From positions 187,178,001-187,242,000 of the forward strand of contig NC_042997.1 in assembly GCF_006345805.1 (NCBI RefSeq): DNA of 64,000 bases, read 5' to 3'. Both the position numbers and the translations under genes were made by a program. Under the pieces are notes generated by a model. The model saw only the letters and a list, made by a program, of their open reading frames with translations, ran no database searches and was not told the origin of the DNA. The DNA comes from Octopus sinensis (Eukaryota). Shown here piece by piece: positions 63,125 through 64,000 of this stretch (position 1 is the stretch's first letter; the number at the start of each line of letters is the position of its first letter).

Positions 63125-63832
63125 TATGTTGGTTTCACACCAGTATGAACTGCAGTCAAATGCATAAATATATACAGATGTATACAAGGTGGTGCCCCAG
63201 CTTGGCCGCAGCCCAATGACTGAAACAAGTAAAAGTTAAAAGATAAGAGCTATATTCAAAACTCTGCGTAACTACTCATTCTTTGTTTCTTCTCAAGCCA
63301 TTCCTGGCTCATAAGAGCCGGTTTCCTGGTTTCCTTGGTGTATAGGTTCCCCACCTGGACAGGACACCAGGATGCACACTACACCTGATTCTTCTGATAC
63401 CCAATTTTTCTCTTGATGCATTTGTACTTTGTCATTCATGCACACTTAAACTGCATATCCAGCAGAAAATGCTGCCTTCATTTTTATTTCCATATTTCTC
63501 AAATCCCTTGCATTCAAGGCCTTTATCACACTACTATGCAGCATCGCAATTTTAACACAAGTGTGAATACCCTTCACTCATAGCGGTAGAAGGTTCCTGA
63601 ACTTTTCCCCACTTGTTCTTACCCTAGCTGCTATACCTTCAGAGCAACCACTTCCTTTACTAATTATATCTCCTCGGTAACGAAACTTGGCAACTGCTAC
63701 TAGTGAGCCATCTGGACATTTAAGAGAATCATCTATTTCTGGTCTGCTCAGAGTATGAACTGCTCCAGTGCATCAGTCACTAATGAAGGTTATATAATAT
63801 TTATTTAAAGCTATGCATGAGTAGTTATGTGG

Positions 63833-64000
63833 AGGCACGTGGCTTAGTGGTTAGGGTGTCAGCATCATGATCGTAAGATTGTGGTTTCGATTCCTGGACC
63901 GGGCGATGCGTTGTGTTCTTGAGCAAAACACTTCATCTTCATGTTGCTCCAGTCCACTCAGCTGGCAGAAATGAATAATACTGCGATGGACAGGAGTCCC
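63833..64000 (+). mobile_element. SINE family C, cut off by the window end
   Basis: GGAGGCACGTGGCTTAGTGGTTAGGG head and GGTTTCGATTCC B-box. Confidence 0.85.

Overview
This is AT-rich, extremely repeat-dense animal genomic DNA. The SINE families and the RTE-type LINEs with (GAT)n tails look like those of Octopus; the taxon is my inference. I could not identify a host protein-coding gene with confidence, only a few weak candidate exons at about 8-13 kb. The window holds three tRNA-headed SINE families (labelled A, B and C here) and many 3' fragments of an RTE LINE. It also has one young 5'-truncated RTE copy (APE end, RT, PHD finger), a decayed Penelope-like element (RT thumb and GIY-YIG), mariner relics, TTAA/piggyBac-like and hAT MITEs, a non-autonomous Helitron, a tRNA-Thr(TGT)-like gene with a Pol III terminator, and many microsatellites. 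The main unexplained signal is a set of type I hammerhead ribozyme (HHR) motifs in two architectures, carried by non-coding repeats that mostly sit in (TA)n tracts. Two intact copies lie head-to-tail 687 bp apart (32365-33703), the arrangement expected of a retrozyme/circRNA-generating unit. That tandem could also be an assembly duplication. Repeat boundaries were read by eye and may be off by some bases.
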